This document shows, piece by piece, positions 1 to 14,500 of a stretch of DNA of 64,000 nucleotides. The stretch comes from Lingula anatina. Lineage: Eukaryota; Animalia; Brachiopoda. The notes beneath the pieces are model-generated. The model was not told where the DNA came from. It made no database searches and was given only the letters and a program-made list of their open reading frames with translations. Location of the stretch: positions 20,146,587 to 20,210,586 of the forward strand of contig CM120648.1 of NCBI GenBank assembly GCA_051362555.1. The letters are read 5' to 3'. Numbering within the stretch: the stretch's first letter is position 1; every line of letters begins with the position of its first letter. The translations under genes were made by a program, and so were the position numbers.

Positions 1-462
1 TTACTTTGATGTGTTTAGGATCTTATTATTTTTTTACTATTAAAAATGATAATTTTCAGTCATATGCACTTTACCTCATTTGCCTTTGAGCAAAAACAGA
101 GCTGTGTTCTGCTAATGATCATTTGGCTACATAAAACAGCAATTTAGATAATTGTGTTTATGTAGGGAATGTCTACATCAGTGAGATTTAAGTCATCCAG
201 CTTTTTAGCTGCTTGATATTTACCCGCATTGTTACGTAGTGCAGTTTAAGCAGCTACACTGGAAGATTACTTGCTTCGTTATTTCATTTTTATTTGGACA
301 CATTCCACCTTCCCCCATCACCCGCCTTAGTCCTTGTGTTTTTCTCTATTTTTTTCTTTTTTCACTAACCAGAGTCTCTATTTCTGCGCCAATAACTATT
401 GTGGTTTCATATCTATTTTATTCTGAATTAATCTTGGTTGCACCCATTAAACTATATTATTA

Positions 463-3070
463 TTAGTACCACCAGCGTGTCCGCTGGCGGTACTCATGGT
501 TTTAGTCCCGACCCGTCTCGTACAGCTCCGCCGGCTCCTGCGGCTCCTGCGGCTCCGCTGGCTCATGCGGCTCCTGCGGCTCCGCAGGATGGCGTGGGAT
601 ACAAGTCACCGTTACCGCTTCTCCTCCTAGACCGCAAGGACTTGTGTCCCCATCTCTTGGATTTTGGTCACATATAATCTCAACTTGAACCCCCTGGTCT
701 TTTTGTCTCAGTCGGTGCATTGGCCTGGGCGTGGCACTCGTTATAATGCACCCTTGTCTAAATTTTTGAAAATTCAATGCTAAATATCTCCCATACCGAA
801 GGAATTAAGTGAAAAATTTCTACAGATGGCTGACCGAAAGTCATATGTGGAGATTTCAAATATGCCCTTGGATTTGACCTTTGACCTTTATTTCAAGGTC
901 AAACGGGCCAAAATTTTCTAAAAATGGGAATTTTTTGCTAAAAAATTATTATTTTATGCCGATTTTCAGAAACTTCACAGATCTTACTTATAATATTATG
1001 GACAGGTGTTACCCTTAGGGTCTTCTTTCATCTTCGTGAGTTTGGGGTCAATCGGTGCATTTTCACGGGAGTAGCGGCCATTAGATGCCAAAACTGAAAA
1101 CACTCTCAAATTCTGGAACTGTTAATGCCAGAGACCTGTTGTTTTTTGCATTTTGTAGAGCTTGTCAAGCGCAACACTGAAGGTGGTGTCCGTTTTTTGT
1201 TTTCGATACGGCTTAGGCATTGTACTATATCGACAGTTCAACATCCAATATTTAGTGGTGAAAATAAAATGTGAAATACTACAAAATTAGCAGAGATACG
1301 CCCATAGTTACTATTGAACTTGAATAGGAAGTCATATACTTGTAATCTAACTGACCTTGAAATTGACCTTTGACCTACTTTTCATGATGAACTGCACTTT
1401 GCAAGTTTTCTGATTTTTATATCTCCAAAACTGGCAAAGATATGCCCATAGTTACTATTGAACTTGAATAGGAAGTCATATACTTGTAATCTAACTGTGA
1501 TCCTAAAATTGACCTCTGACCTAATTTTCACCATGAACTGAACTTTGCAAATTTTCTAGCCCTTATATCTCTTAAACTGGCAAAGATACGCCCAAAGCTA
1601 CTGTTGAACTTGAGTAGGAAGTCATATACTGGCAATCTTACTGTGACCTTAAAATTGACCTCTGACCTACTTTTCACCATGAACTGAACTTTGCAAATTT
1701 TCTCTCCCTTATATCTCGAAAACTGGCAGAGATACGCCATTAGTTACTATTGAACTTCAATAGGAAGTCATATACTGGCAATCTTACTGTGACCTTGAAA
1801 TTGACCTCTGACCTACTTTACACCATGAACTGAACTTTGCAAATTTTGGTTCCCTTTTCTCTCTAAAACTTGCAGAGATATGTCCATAGTTACTATTGAA
1901 CTTGAATAGGAAGTCACATACTGGCAATTTACTGTGACCTTAAAATTGACCTTTGACCTACTTTTTACCATGAACTGAACTTTGCAAAATTTTGTTCCCT
2001 TTTATCTCCAAAACTGGCAGAGATAGGTCCATAGTTACTATTGAACTTGAATAGGAAGTCATATACTGGCAATCTAGGAGTGACCTTTAAATTGACCTTT
2101 GACCTAATTTTCATCATGAATTGAACTTTGCAAATTTTGGTTCCCTTTTATTTCCAAAACTGGCAGAGATAGGTCTATAGTTACTATTGAAGTTGAATAG
2201 GAAGTCACATACTGGCAATTTATCTGTGACCTTGAAATTGACCTTTGACCTACTTTTTACCATGAACTGAACTTTGCAACTTTTTCAATGCTTATACTTT
2301 CAAAACTGGAAAAGATATGCCCATAGTTACTATTGAACTTGAATAGGAAGTCATATACTGGCAATTTACTGTGACCTTAAAATTAACCTTTGACCTACTT
2401 TTTACCATGAACTGAACTTTGCAAATTTCCATTCCCTTTTATCTCCAAAACTGGCAGAGAAAGTTCCATAGTTACTATTGAACTTGAATAGGAAGTAATA
2501 CACTGGCAATCTAACTGTGACCTTGAAATTGACCTTTGACCTATTTTTTATGATGAACTGCTTTTTGCATGTTTTTTGGCCTTTAAATCTGCAAAACTTG
2601 AAAAGAAATGCCCATGGTTACTATTGAACTTGAATAGAAATTCATATACTATGATGTTGAAATTGACTTTGACCTACTTTTTCACCATGAACTGAGCTTT
2701 GCATATTTTCTTGCTCCTCATATCTTTAAAACTAGCAGGGATGTGCCTGGTGTTGCCCCTAAGTTTTCTCTTTTGTCAGCATATATGCACCACTGACAAC
2801 ACATTTTAAGGAAAACCAATAGGCCTTTTGTCTAGAGAATCACAGGAGTGATCAATGGTAGGAAAATGCAGGTCAGTTCGAAAATCTGCTTGATTGTACC
2901 ATTTTGATTCATATTTTTTGGCATATTTTGAGAACTCTTGTTGATTGCATTTTATAGAGCTTGTCAAGCCCTTTTTTTTTTTTTTTTGGGGGGGGGGGTT
3001 CCATACGAATGCGCTTACTCCAGCTGGTGGTACAATATCCGGAGGCGGTATCGCCTCTCTGATCCTCTAG
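463..3070 (+). mobile_element. Non-autonomous Helentron-associated element (HINE/DINE-1/pearl-like)
   Basis: 5' GTACCACCAGC (466-476) with nearby inverted copy GCTGGCGGTAC (483-493); 3' GCTGGTGGTAC (3023-3033) followed by hairpin GAGGCG-gtat-CGCCTC and CTAG/TT end; short GGCTCCTGC repeats near the 5' end; internal tandem array; inserted in a TTATTA run. Confidence 0.7.
1270..2745. repeat. Tandem array of ~146-bp units, about 10 copies
   Basis: CCATAGTTACTATTGAACTTGAATAGGAAGTCATATACT-like core recurs at ~1302, 1446, 1591, 1737, 1884, 2029, 2175, 2321, 2466, 2612. Confidence 0.95.
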
Positions 3071-3518
3071 TTATTATTTATATTGTGACATTTATATAGC
3101 ATGGGGTGTATGATAATCCCCCATTTTTGTAAGTTTATATCTCATTATTCTTCGTCATTAATAAATGACAATTTTCAGTCATATGGACTTTATGCTATGT
3201 ACCTTTGAGCAAAAAGCTGAGCTTTGTTGTGTTGGTGTGATTATTTGGCTACATGAATAGAATATTTCATCCACAGAGGTGTCTCTTGGCTGTAAGATGT
3301 ATGAAATAATATTCAAATAAATCTGAACTGAAAAAAAATTAATTAATTCTATAAAACGCAATATTTTGAAGAAACATGTTGTTGTAAAGAACAATTTTCT
3401 TGCTGCTGTCATTTCACCTGGTAATTGTTTGTGTTCTAGGTGAAGAAGAGCGAGTCCAAGACCAAAACTAAAGACGGCTGTCGACGGTTTCATGCACAGA
3501 GAGCCCGCAAACGAAGTA

Positions 3519-4943
3519 CACACACTGGACAATAGAAGTGTCACCCCCTAAATCAGAGTAATAAAAGTAGGCAGATCTTCGGTAGATATAATGTCTGGTC
3601 TACTTATAATGTGAATAATGAGTATAAAACCGCTATACCATGGAATTGTATTGTTGGTCTTGTACATGTACAGCAAATATTATTCCCGTCTTCCTCCAAT
3701 ATGGCAAGATACAGGCAATTACATAACGGTTATATGCGTCAAGTTTTTAACCTGAAGAGACGGAATATAGGCAATGTCAGAATATCGATACAATTGAATT
3801 GTTCAGTCAGAATCGTGCAGAGGGTCTGGTCTCGGTATGGAAACACTGGATCAAGAGACAAATTGCCTCTGATGGGTCGTCCAAGAAAAACTACTGGCCA
3901 TGAAGACCGACGACTGATTTTGATGTCCAGGTTGTCAAAGTTCGACACTGCTTGTCAGTTGACAAGACAGTGGAACAATTTTACACATAAGAATGTGTCT
4001 GTGAAAATTACTAGGCGTCGGTTAAATGCTCAGAGAGTGTATAACAGGGTAGCAAGACAAAAAAAAAACTCATATATCGTTACAAAACAGGCAAGGTAGA
4101 GTGAACTAGGGTCAACAGGATCTGGAACTGGACAGTCCATGGCAATTGGTCCTATATATTTTTTTCTGGTGGGTTTCGCTTTGGTCTGACCTCTGATGAC
4201 TGATGGGTACGATGCTAGCGAACTGCTGGTAAAGCATTTGAAGCACATGCACTGAATTTTCGAACCCGGAGCAGCATATTTATCATGGTGTGGGGCTGCA
4301 TCAGCATCCATTGCGTGGGCGAATTGGTAGTGGTTGATGGAAACATGAATCACTAGAAATATATCGATGTTTTGGAGTCAGGCTTGCTACCATCTATTAC
4401 TAACATGTTTGGTGACAGGAGTTATCCATTTGTTCACCAGGATGACAATGCTCCTTGTCACAGGCCCAGAGCAGTTGATGATTGGTTTGAACAACAGGAC
4501 ATTCGCAGGTGATGTGGCCTGCCCAGAGACCGGATGCAAGACCGGATGCAAACATACCTGTAATAGAAAATGTGTGGAATGATATGTCAAAACTTTTGAC
4601 AAATGTCCGTCTAACCAGTAGAGAATAATAGTTATATTATATAGAAAATAGTTATATTCAGTGTTTCACGCTTGGGCCAGCATAATCCCTGAACTCATCA
4701 GACAATTATATGAAACCTTGCCTCATAGGCTGGCACCTATTATTAGGTCACTTGGCTATGCCACAAGGTACTGGACCTGAAAGTGCATATTTTGGTAGAA
4801 TGTATACTTGGTTCTCATTTTGTGATTTTTTTTGTGAAATTTGATGTTAATAAAATGATACCAGGAGCATAATATTCCACAGTCATTTATCTTCCCCATA
4901 GTATTGGTGCAGTAGGGGAGACACTTCTATTGTTCAGTGTGTG
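3519..4943 (+). mobile_element. Tc1/mariner DNA transposon, decayed
   Basis: TIRs CACACACTGGACAATAGAAGTGTCACCCCT / AGGGGAGACACTTCTATTGTTCAGTGTGTG flanked by TA at 3517-3518 and 4944-4945. Confidence 0.9.
3700..4780 (+). pseudogene. Tc1-like transposase pseudogene
   Basis: GRPRKTT..EDRRL HTH region in ORF 3611-4099; downstream frames give WCGAA/WG-like, HQDDNAPCH and IENVW motifs; frameshifts and stops. Confidence 0.85.
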
Positions 4944-5860
4944 TACTTGCATTTTTTACTAGATTCTATTCTAAAATGGAGATATTAGGCAGTTCTCTAT
5001 GAACATTTCATTCGCCTTTGGTGTAAATATTACAAAGGATTACGCAGTGCAGAGGTCAAATATCTGATATTAGGGACATTCTGTCCAGCTCTTAAGGAAT
5101 TATGGGGTAACATTTCATTAAACAGACTTGTAATTATTTCTGAATATATGTCTCACCGTCTACAGGAGATACATGCAGCACTTAGACATTAGCTTCTAAA
5201 TAACGCAGTCTGATGCAGATAAAATATATGCTCTTGTTTATAATGTACATAAATTTGGTGATAGTTGGCAGGGTCTTATCACTACATGAATATTTTTACC
5301 TCTCCGGAAATCAATATAGAATATCAGATAAGATGGGCATGAATAATCTAGCTCTGCAATGTGGTATAAGATATGGATTATTTTCACACTGGTATTTTGT
5401 TTTATGTACCTTAGCCCATGTTGATTACAGTGTCTGTAATAAAAATATTAGAGACAGTTAACAGGTCTGATGCGATCATTTGTAAACGAAAGCACATGCA
5501 ATTGGAGACGTGAAAACCTTTTTGATAAGTGGGTATGTTGTAATAGAAGTATAATAAACGTACAAAGAAAATTTTGTAATAGACTTGCATAGTTGGTTCT
5601 GATTTTTATTCGAATATCAAATGTAACAAATGTATTACAAAACATTTGTTTATTTATATAAGCTGTGAATACCTGTAGCTACGATGTTAATTCAAATGTC
5701 TGCCGGGCATTCTTTTCATAGGCGTCCGATATCCAGCAACTGTACCAGCACAGCTTTTTCTGACCGTACCATGGCGAATCCACTGGGGCAAAGTAAGCCC
5801 TCTCCCTCATTTCTTAGCAATTATTATTATTATTATTTTCATTATTGTTATTATTGCAGG

Positions 5861-6667
5861 TTTACAAATGTAGTTGCAAAATGGCCAGGTTCAACTCATG
5901 ACAGCTTCATTTTCAACCAATGTGCCATACATGAGATGTACGAAGCAGGAATGCTGCCAATGAGTTATCTACTCGGAGACAGTGCGTATGCTCTGTCTCC
6001 TCTCATGATGACACCAATCCTGCACCCGATCACTGCAGAAGAAGAGGCCTATTCTGAGAGCCAAAGGAAAACCAGGAGTGTTGTTGAACAGGCACTTGGT
6101 GTAACTAAAGGCAGATTCAGGTATGTTTACCCTTTATGGTATATAAATCTAATCCCTATTGTGATAACACCCATTAACTAAGTTTGTGTATTTACTTTCA
6201 TCAATCAGTTCCCAACCTACATTCAATAGGGTGACTCCCCTTTTCACCCACACCCACACATAATTATAAAACCTGGCAAATAATTTTGTTTCAAAAGTCT
6301 TGATTATAAATCATAATAACGTTAACTAGTCAAAAAAAAAGTCTTATAAATTTGTGATTTATTGTTTCCTGTAAGAAATATAATCAAATGTTCTGATACA
6401 ATAATATCTTCTTTATTTTAGATGTATGCACAAGAATGGTGGCCATCTCTGGTACACCCCAGAGATGTGTACACCCCAGAGATGTGTGGGAGAATCATCA
6501 TAGTCTGTTGTATCCTGCACAATTTTTGTCAGGAAAACAATGACCTGCACCATGAGGATGAACATCCTGACATTGATGCAAGTGTTCATGACAATGTGTG
6601 TTTGTTGGTCCTGTACTCTGGTCTCAGGACCAGGGAAGAAATAATCAGGAACTTCTTTACACATTAG
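5861..6667 (+). pseudogene. Harbinger (PIF/HARBI1-like) DDE transposase, 3' exons
   Basis: FTNVVAKWPGSTHDSFIF, LLGDSAY, TRSVVEQALGVTKGRFR|C, CCILHN motifs; GT-AG intron ~6121-6421; 5' exons not recognised. Confidence 0.85.
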
Positions 6668-6689
6668 TCATGTACACCTGCCTCGATGT

Positions 6690-7330
6690 CAGGATCTTCA
6701 ACTTAGCAGCCACATGAATCTGCCTTATGGTACACCAAGAGCCTTTTCAACAACACTTCTGTATTTTGACTCTCAGAAAATGCCTCTTCCTCTCAATGAT
6801 CGGCCCCAGGATTAATGACATCATGATTGGAGACAGTGCAAATACTGCCACTGAGTGGGTAGCCACGTGGCATTTCCTACCTTGTACATCTCTTGTATGG
6901 TACAGATATTGAAAATGAAGCTGTCGTGGGTTGTTAGCCAGCCCACCTTGGAACTACATTTGTACACTGAAAACTTTCCACAAACAAACATATTCACATC
7001 AAAGGAATCAGGATGGAACTTTTATTGGAGCTAGAATAGCACTGATGGCACTGATGACCTTCTGGAAGCCAAATATATGTTTAACTCTCCTAACATCTCC
7101 CTCTTTACTTGGGAACTTGATATGCAGTGCATGGACACAGCATGGATACCGACAATGATGCCAGATCAAGGTTGTCTCTCTGCCACCACTTTGATCTGAC
7201 CCAGTAGAGACTATATGTAAAGCAGCAATAATTGGTGTAGCAAGCACTTGTGACAGTGTTTAAGACCTCGTGGTCAGTCTTCTTTAAGGTTCTTCATTGA
7301 TCCCTTGAGTCAGTTTGAGCACATTCTCTG
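6690..7330 (-). pseudogene. Second, more decayed HARBI1-like transposase on the opposite strand
   Basis: Minus-strand remnants IKFPSK..VKHIFGFQKVISAI..IKVPS and VVPRWAG*TTHDSFIF. Confidence 0.6.
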
Positions 7331-8513
7331 AAGTCATGCAGGATCTCTTATGAAACAGATGAGGTTGGAACTCTAGCATAGGATCTCTGAGTCTCACACA
7401 CACACTTCCATATTCTCCTGGTATTTTTCTCTAACTCTCAGTTGGATCATTTATGAACCATTGTGGGATGAATACGGATTATTGTTTCATTAAACAAAAT
7501 AATGAAAATTGATGTTCTCTTTAAAATGTCATAATTTATTATATTTTGCATATAATACTAAGAACTGAAATTTAAAATAAGTGTACAAAATGACAAAGGT
7601 GTACAGGTTTGATTTAATATAACAGCTAGTGTTCATGCAGGAAATTTAATAACAAATTCCAGGAATCAAAAAGACTGATACTTTAAGTCAATTACTTTTG
7701 AAGTACACTTTCAATGCAAATAGGGCAAAATAAAATCACTTTAAAGTTTATGTAAGAAACAAAACAGACGGTCAAGTTATGTTTTACATAAATTTTTTAT
7801 TTCATGAAATAATAACATTATGAAAATATAAAAATAATATTATAAACAATTTCATAAATGTATATTCTTGTCTAAATTAAAGTTAATAAGTACAATATAA
7901 AAATAAAGTCCTTTTCAAGGACAAAAGCAAATGAAAACTATCCCTTCTAAAAGATTTGTAACAAATTCCAGTTCTTTGCCGAGGTCATAAACTTAGTTTA
8001 AAATACAGCACTGAATGATCAAACTGATTCACATATTGAAAATTACTGAATGAAAAATACTGAAAAATCATCAAAAAGAAATTGCATAAATTAAAGGAAA
8101 AAAATAATACAGTCAAGTTGGCATGTATATCCTTATAATCATTCTTGTACGTAAAAAAATAAGTAACAAAGTTTTATTTTTCATTATATTTGTGGTGGCA
8201 GGGTCCACAATAGGGATTTTGCCAATTTTGATGCAATATAACATAATACTCAACAGCATATTCACTACAAAATTAAAATAATATAACTATATGTGAAAGT
8301 TCACAGTACAGGGATGATGACTGCAAAAACAGATGCAACTAATGGCTAGTACAGTGATGTACAGTAACATACAGCTAGTATGTGTCTTGGCAAAAACATA
8401 AAATATCATGATCCCAATAAGATGCACTCACTGGTAAGTATCTACAAGAGAATCGCACTTCATTACATCCAACTTCATTTCACAGTATTCTGTTATTTTT
8501 TCAAATAACACTT

Positions 8514-11500
8514 AGTTACTTTTGTCAATTTCTAATCTCTCCCTTTCTAATTGTAAACGCTCTTTTTCTACTTTCAACCTCTCCTCTAATGCTAAGCGAC
8601 CCTTCTCTACGTTGTAAAGCCTTTCACTTACATCTGAAATTTGAAGATGTATGTAATTAATAATTAAATATAAAAATGATATAATAAGAACTCAATCTTT
8701 TCAATATTCTAAATTTTACAGATACTGTACTTTTAAGTCAATGTGATAATTTTTCATAAATGAACATATTCCTGTTGAGTTGCAGCAACAAAAATGAAAA
8801 GCCAACCATCTGACAATGTTGAACGCTTTCATAAGCTATATGTTTGAAATTACCAATAAAGTTTCATTTGTTAATAGGTATAGAAATAATTAACTCATAT
8901 GTTTCAACCAATTATAGACTGAAAAGCACACCTGGCTGCCCACAGATGGTAATGCCTACCACAGCCCTCATTTCCCTGATGAAGTCTGGCTGTAAGCAAA
9001 ACCCTATATACATAGGTATATACTCCCCGAACAAATGATTTAAGAGCATTACTTATTCAAACACAAATGTAAATATTAAAGGGGGTCTTTCCGATATGAG
9101 GGGAAATAAAACATATCCCAAACTTTTTCTTATATATGAAGGTCACGATCTAAACCAAAATTCGCCTTTGAGGTAGACGGCAATCAAAATAATTAATTAT
9201 TTCACATTCGAATCTGTATTGGAGAACCTCCTCTCCCCAAAATAGAGCGAACGTCAAATGCAGATGTTCCCACGGTCTTAGCCAATCAGAGTCTGCATTA
9301 CTAAGCTCTCTGGCCAAAAATAGACAAGACGTCACGTGCAGGTGTACACACGGTTTTAGCCAATGATAGTGCGCATGCCAGGTAATACACGCATTTGGGC
9401 AAGAAGAAAGAATTTATGGCGGAGGAGTTCGAAGTAAGTTGCTTTCATATGTATACGCGTTAGTTACATCGTTTATCCTTTATTATTATTCAACATATGA
9501 GAACATAAAGATTTAAAGTTTAAGTTTTGGTCGGTGGAATAGTCTAGAAAGTCAAAAATATTTCGGAATTGATGCGTGAGAGCCGGACGATAGTGCTTGA
9601 TATCGTAATTTGTCATGTCGAAGTCAAACACCGAAAACGAAGAAGGATTGAGGAGGAAACGCATCAGCGACATCATAACAGACAGTCGTACTGTACATAT
9701 CAGTTGGATTACACCTTTTCATAGATAGCTATGAACGTCAATTGAAGTCCGTTGTTTGCTTGCCTGTTTTCTGTTTCAATTTGACTAATATTTGTTGCAA
9801 CTTTTCAGTTTTACCAATTTCATACCTTTTAGATTGAAAGAATTGTTGAGTCGGATGATGATACAAGCAGTCCGAGCAGCCCAGAACAAGAACAACCTTC
9901 CAGGTAAGGATCTCCATTTTACTGTCAAATGTGATCAGTAGCCATCATTTTTACGCGTCATGTAGGCCCTAGCGTAACCTTACCTAGTATGCCATATATT
10001 TATAAATGACTTAGACCTTAGTGCTTCTTAATCTTACTTTAACTGAAGACAAGCATGTTATTACTTCAATAGCATTTATTTATTTCCTTTCTTTCTTTCT
10101 TTTTAATTGTAAAGCAGTACCAGTTCAGGTGGTGCCAGCCAAAGAAAGCCAGAAAGACGAGAAGGAAGATCAGGGAGACCACCAACAAGATTAAGGGGGG
10201 TTGGTCGTGGTGCAGGCAGCAGAGCAGAGCCAGTGGCAGGTTCAAGCACCAGTGGTTTGAGGCAGGGAAGAGGCAGGAGATCAGGAGTAAGGGGCAGGAC
10301 ATCAGGAGGAAGAGGCAGGACATCAAGAGGAAGAGGCAGGAGATCAGGAGGAAGAGGAAGGGAATTTCGGTTGACTGAGGAACAAGAAGAAAGAATAAGA
10401 GATCTCCGAGAGGCCAGGCACAAAGAACTAGAGGTATGAATTATGTTGAAATCTACATTGGATATAAGAATTTTAGGTGTTGCCATATAACCATACACAG
10501 CTGCCATTGATATATCCCTTTCTTTAGTGTTTAGTATTTATATATGTCTTTTTTTCCAAAAACTACTCTAATTATCTAATATCACTAGAAATGTCAGACC
10601 AAAAAGGCTAATATTGACTTTTTATAAATTGACAGAGCATGTGTGATGGTGTGGACAAGGAGGTCCTAAAAGGTATAGTGGTGAAAGTGTGTGACCGGAA
10701 TCCTGCCCTGGCACTGGACATAAAGAAGATTTTGCAGGAAAACCTACCTGGTGGCAGTGACCCAGAACCTTTACCTCCACAGCCTGATTCACCAGATTGG
10801 TGCATGTGTGGTGCATGTGTAGAAATGCCCACTGAAGCAGAGAGGCTGTGTTGTCAAAAGCCTCCTGCTGAGTGTAAAAGCAGAGACCCTGTAAGTGGCT
10901 AAGAATGTTTAAAATGCAGGTGTAATGTTTACAATTTTTAAGAAGAAATGTTTCATTCGACATTTATTTGTAATATCTTCCTCATGTTGTATAATGACAA
11001 ATTAAAATCAATTAAAAATGCAGTTATGATTAACATGTTTCTTTCTTACAATCATGAACTTAGTTTTTTTTTTATTATTTTTTTGTTGTTATTTTATTTG
11101 CAGGTAATGGAATTAAATGTAACAGACGAATTTCATCTTGGGATTATGCGAGTAGCAAGGGGGGACATCCTGGGCTTCCAAAATGAAGATAGGCAGCCAG
11201 GAGAAGAGGACAATGCTGCCATGCGGCACAATGCCTATCGTAGTTTCATAATGTGGCAATATAACAGGCTTACTCCTGGTGACCGCAGAGTAATTCCGTC
11301 CTGTTGTGTTTGGTTCATTAGGAATAAGTTCCCCTCTCCCACAGGTCAGTATAGGGGATTTGATCCAGGGCGTATAGTTTAGAAGAGCAATGGACAGGGG
11401 ATGGGAATGGGCCATCTCCCACTCATCCATTGGTGACTTGCTGCAGCAGTAAGGGGATGGGAATGGGCCATCTCCCACTCACCTGCTGTGTATGTCCACT

Positions 11501-14500
11501 GCATTTGTCTGCTAATAAGTTCAATAGATTTTTTATGATTAAAGAACAACAATTGTCACCAGGAGTTAGTCTGTTTACATGTCATTCTTTTCAAACATAT
11601 AGTTTATTTTCTACATCATGTGTTATCAAACTCTCTGTGGATATCTGAGATTCAAATCTGGTTATCATTTCCTTATTGGTTTTAGTGTAGAAATTTGTAT
11701 TTCAAGATGTCTTAGAAGATAAGATTGTGTACTTGTTGCACTTTTACTAGAAGTCATGCATTAATTGATATATAGTTATCAGTTTATCATGTGCGCCATT
11801 TTAAATCTGTTGTTGATTTAAGATATACTCATCATTCTTGTAATTTTGATTACATAAAAATGTCAGTGTCTAATCTTTTAAATGTTAAAAGTTTGTTTTT
11901 TGGTATGTGACTCCATGTGTATATAACTTCATATTTTAAAAATGCCTTTCATGGCTTAGTATAGATAATTATTTATTTATAGTATAGATATTTATTACTT
12001 ATTCAACATCATCTTTCAAGATAAGTTTGTGTTGAGATATTGTATAAAAGAAACACATCAATTAGTATAATGTTATCAGATTACCAAGAGGCCTGTTTTA
12101 AATCTGTTTAAACAGTAAAGTAGAGATTATTATCATTTTTATTTATCAGTGTAATCAATGTTGGTTTATGATTAGGGAAGTAAGAAAAACAGCTATGGTA
12201 AAGTTACATTTATTTTCTACATTTAAGAGCGTGTCCATGAGAAAGCCAGACAGATCAGTCAGAAGGCGGCAAGGTGGGGGTCAGCAGATTTTAATAATTT
12301 TTGGTGTGGTAAACCATCAACATAAAAGATATTGTGAGCCACTGGCTTTCTTATTTTGGATCATTAGTTTTAGAGATATGGGGGCAGATCTTTTATTGGC
12401 AATTTTGCCAAAATATAGCATATTTTAGCTCTTGAAAAGTTATAATTTTAAATATTCTTTTAAAAAATCATGTACATCATAAGGAATTATTTAGGTAAGC
12501 CACATGATAGGTTAAGGAAAGACCTTTAATACCCAGTACAGATTTTTTGAAAAGGCACTGTCATGACCACACAAGGTTGATTCTAATATGGCATGTTTTC
12601 CGTATGTTTGACCCCCTCCCCTTCTTTAAATGCACACAACTTCTTTTTTGCAGGTTGTATCCATATAATTTTGGTATGTGCTGATAGAAAAGGGTTGAAA
12701 AATAAATTTTGTAAAATAAAATCTGTGTTAAACCTTGTAAAATAAGAACTATAACAATTTTAAAAAGGGCCTAAAAACGAAAATTTTTATACTACTTAAA
12801 TGCTAAACTGTTTCTTCAACTAAATTAATAGGTCAAAACCATGTATAGGTTTGTGAAAAGCCCTTAAAATAAATATGTTTGCCCTGCAGACGAACTTATA
12901 AAGCGAAAATACATTTTTTTAATTTGTTTATGTTGTAGAAACTAAATGTAAAATAACGATGCTAACTCTGTGACCTATATTCAACATGGCGGGTACTAGT
13001 ATTATCACCGGAGCAACTGTAGAGCAAAGCACATCGTCTTCACAGTGTTAAAACATAATACTTTCTTAAATTTATGAAGAACACACACTAGAGATGCTTA
13101 GGTACATCTCAGAATGATTGGTGTGCACCAGAATATAACAAGAAATGATCATAGCAGCTGGTCGTCCTTAGAAGTTAGAATGTGCATTTTTTGGTTGAAC
13201 CACTTCAGACTGTTGTCAGGCTTGGGTTCCTCAATATATCCATCTCATCGATTTAGCTCTGGATGTTTGTTGTAAGGTAAGTGATCAGTGGTGGCATACA
13301 TATACTAGAATCAGATACACTAAAAAGTCAAACCAGTTTAAATAATAAGTTTGAATATTATTCAGTAATATAAAGAATATATAGAAACCGGGTTGTACGT
13401 TACAACTGGCCTATGAATAAGTAAAGTGCCTACCTTTTCTGGATAGGCATCCAAGTCCTCGTTTTCTTGTTAATTCTCTCTTCACCACAACTTAGCACCA
13501 TGCGCTTGAGCGCGCCATGCTCAACTCCAACGCTCTCAACTTCTAACTAACTACTACGCATGCGCCGTGACACGCTTCCGGGTCATGCAATGACCCCTCG
13601 GCACTACACTCTCCCCCGTTTTACCTTGAAGGACCGTGCCTTCTCGGTTGTGTCAGTGCCGAGTCCACCAAAGTCCACTAAAAGTCCACTTTCCTCCGTG
13701 GGAAAGGGAAAATACCCGCCTGTCCCCGTGGGACTCAGGGGATAAGTGCTTGCAGTGATGATGGGCGTCCCATCAAAACCACTAATCCTGGTCAGGTCGC
13801 ACCCAGCCTGACCACACGCTTGCCCCTCTAACCGTCTGGGCCCCTTTTCTCCAGGTATAAACGCCGTGCGTTATCCCTGGTCTGGCGCAACACTTCTCGC
13901 CATCGCTCTCCCCGGATCTCCACCACTAACTTGGCCACGTGACCAAGCAGAGCTGGAGTGGAGCACTTGTTCCGTTGGATGTTGAAATACGGAGCATCCG
14001 TCTCCAAGAGTAGTCTTTCCAGGGGCAAGGTCCGTAGCATGTCATGCGCCTTGGCATTGACAGGCCCCTCATGTTCTGCAAAGCGTCCCGTGACGCCGAA
14101 GTAGGTGTTCGGATAATAGCGAACAAAAGCCCGCACCATATCCGGGAAACCTAAGAAACAGTGACAATGGATTAGCTGTCGAGTCCCCACGCCCACAGCT
14201 CTCAGTTTGTCCAGAATGATATGCCAGACCGCGTCGTCGGCATCTGTACTGGTGCTTAAGCCTCTCCCGTGGAGGACTAGCACATGGTTTGGCTCCAAGA
14301 AATGAAGAGCAGCCTCCAGGTTGGTCAGCTGATCCTCCCATCTGGCCGGTGCCACGGACATGTCCAGCCCAACCTCTCCCAGTGCCGTGACTGAGGGGTG
14401 GTTGATTATGGACTGGAATTTAGCCCACTCCGCTGACGTACAATAATGCCTAGGGTGCATTCCCACAGAAATGACCCCTCCTTCATTTTTAATAGCCTCC

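Noticed and set aside
438-777. Short ORFs with PAAPA / EPQEP repeats
   Set aside because: Derived from the simple repeat inside the HINE element
4980-5795. Possible exons upstream of the Harbinger transposase fragment
   Set aside because: Splice-like signals are present but I recognised no protein motif
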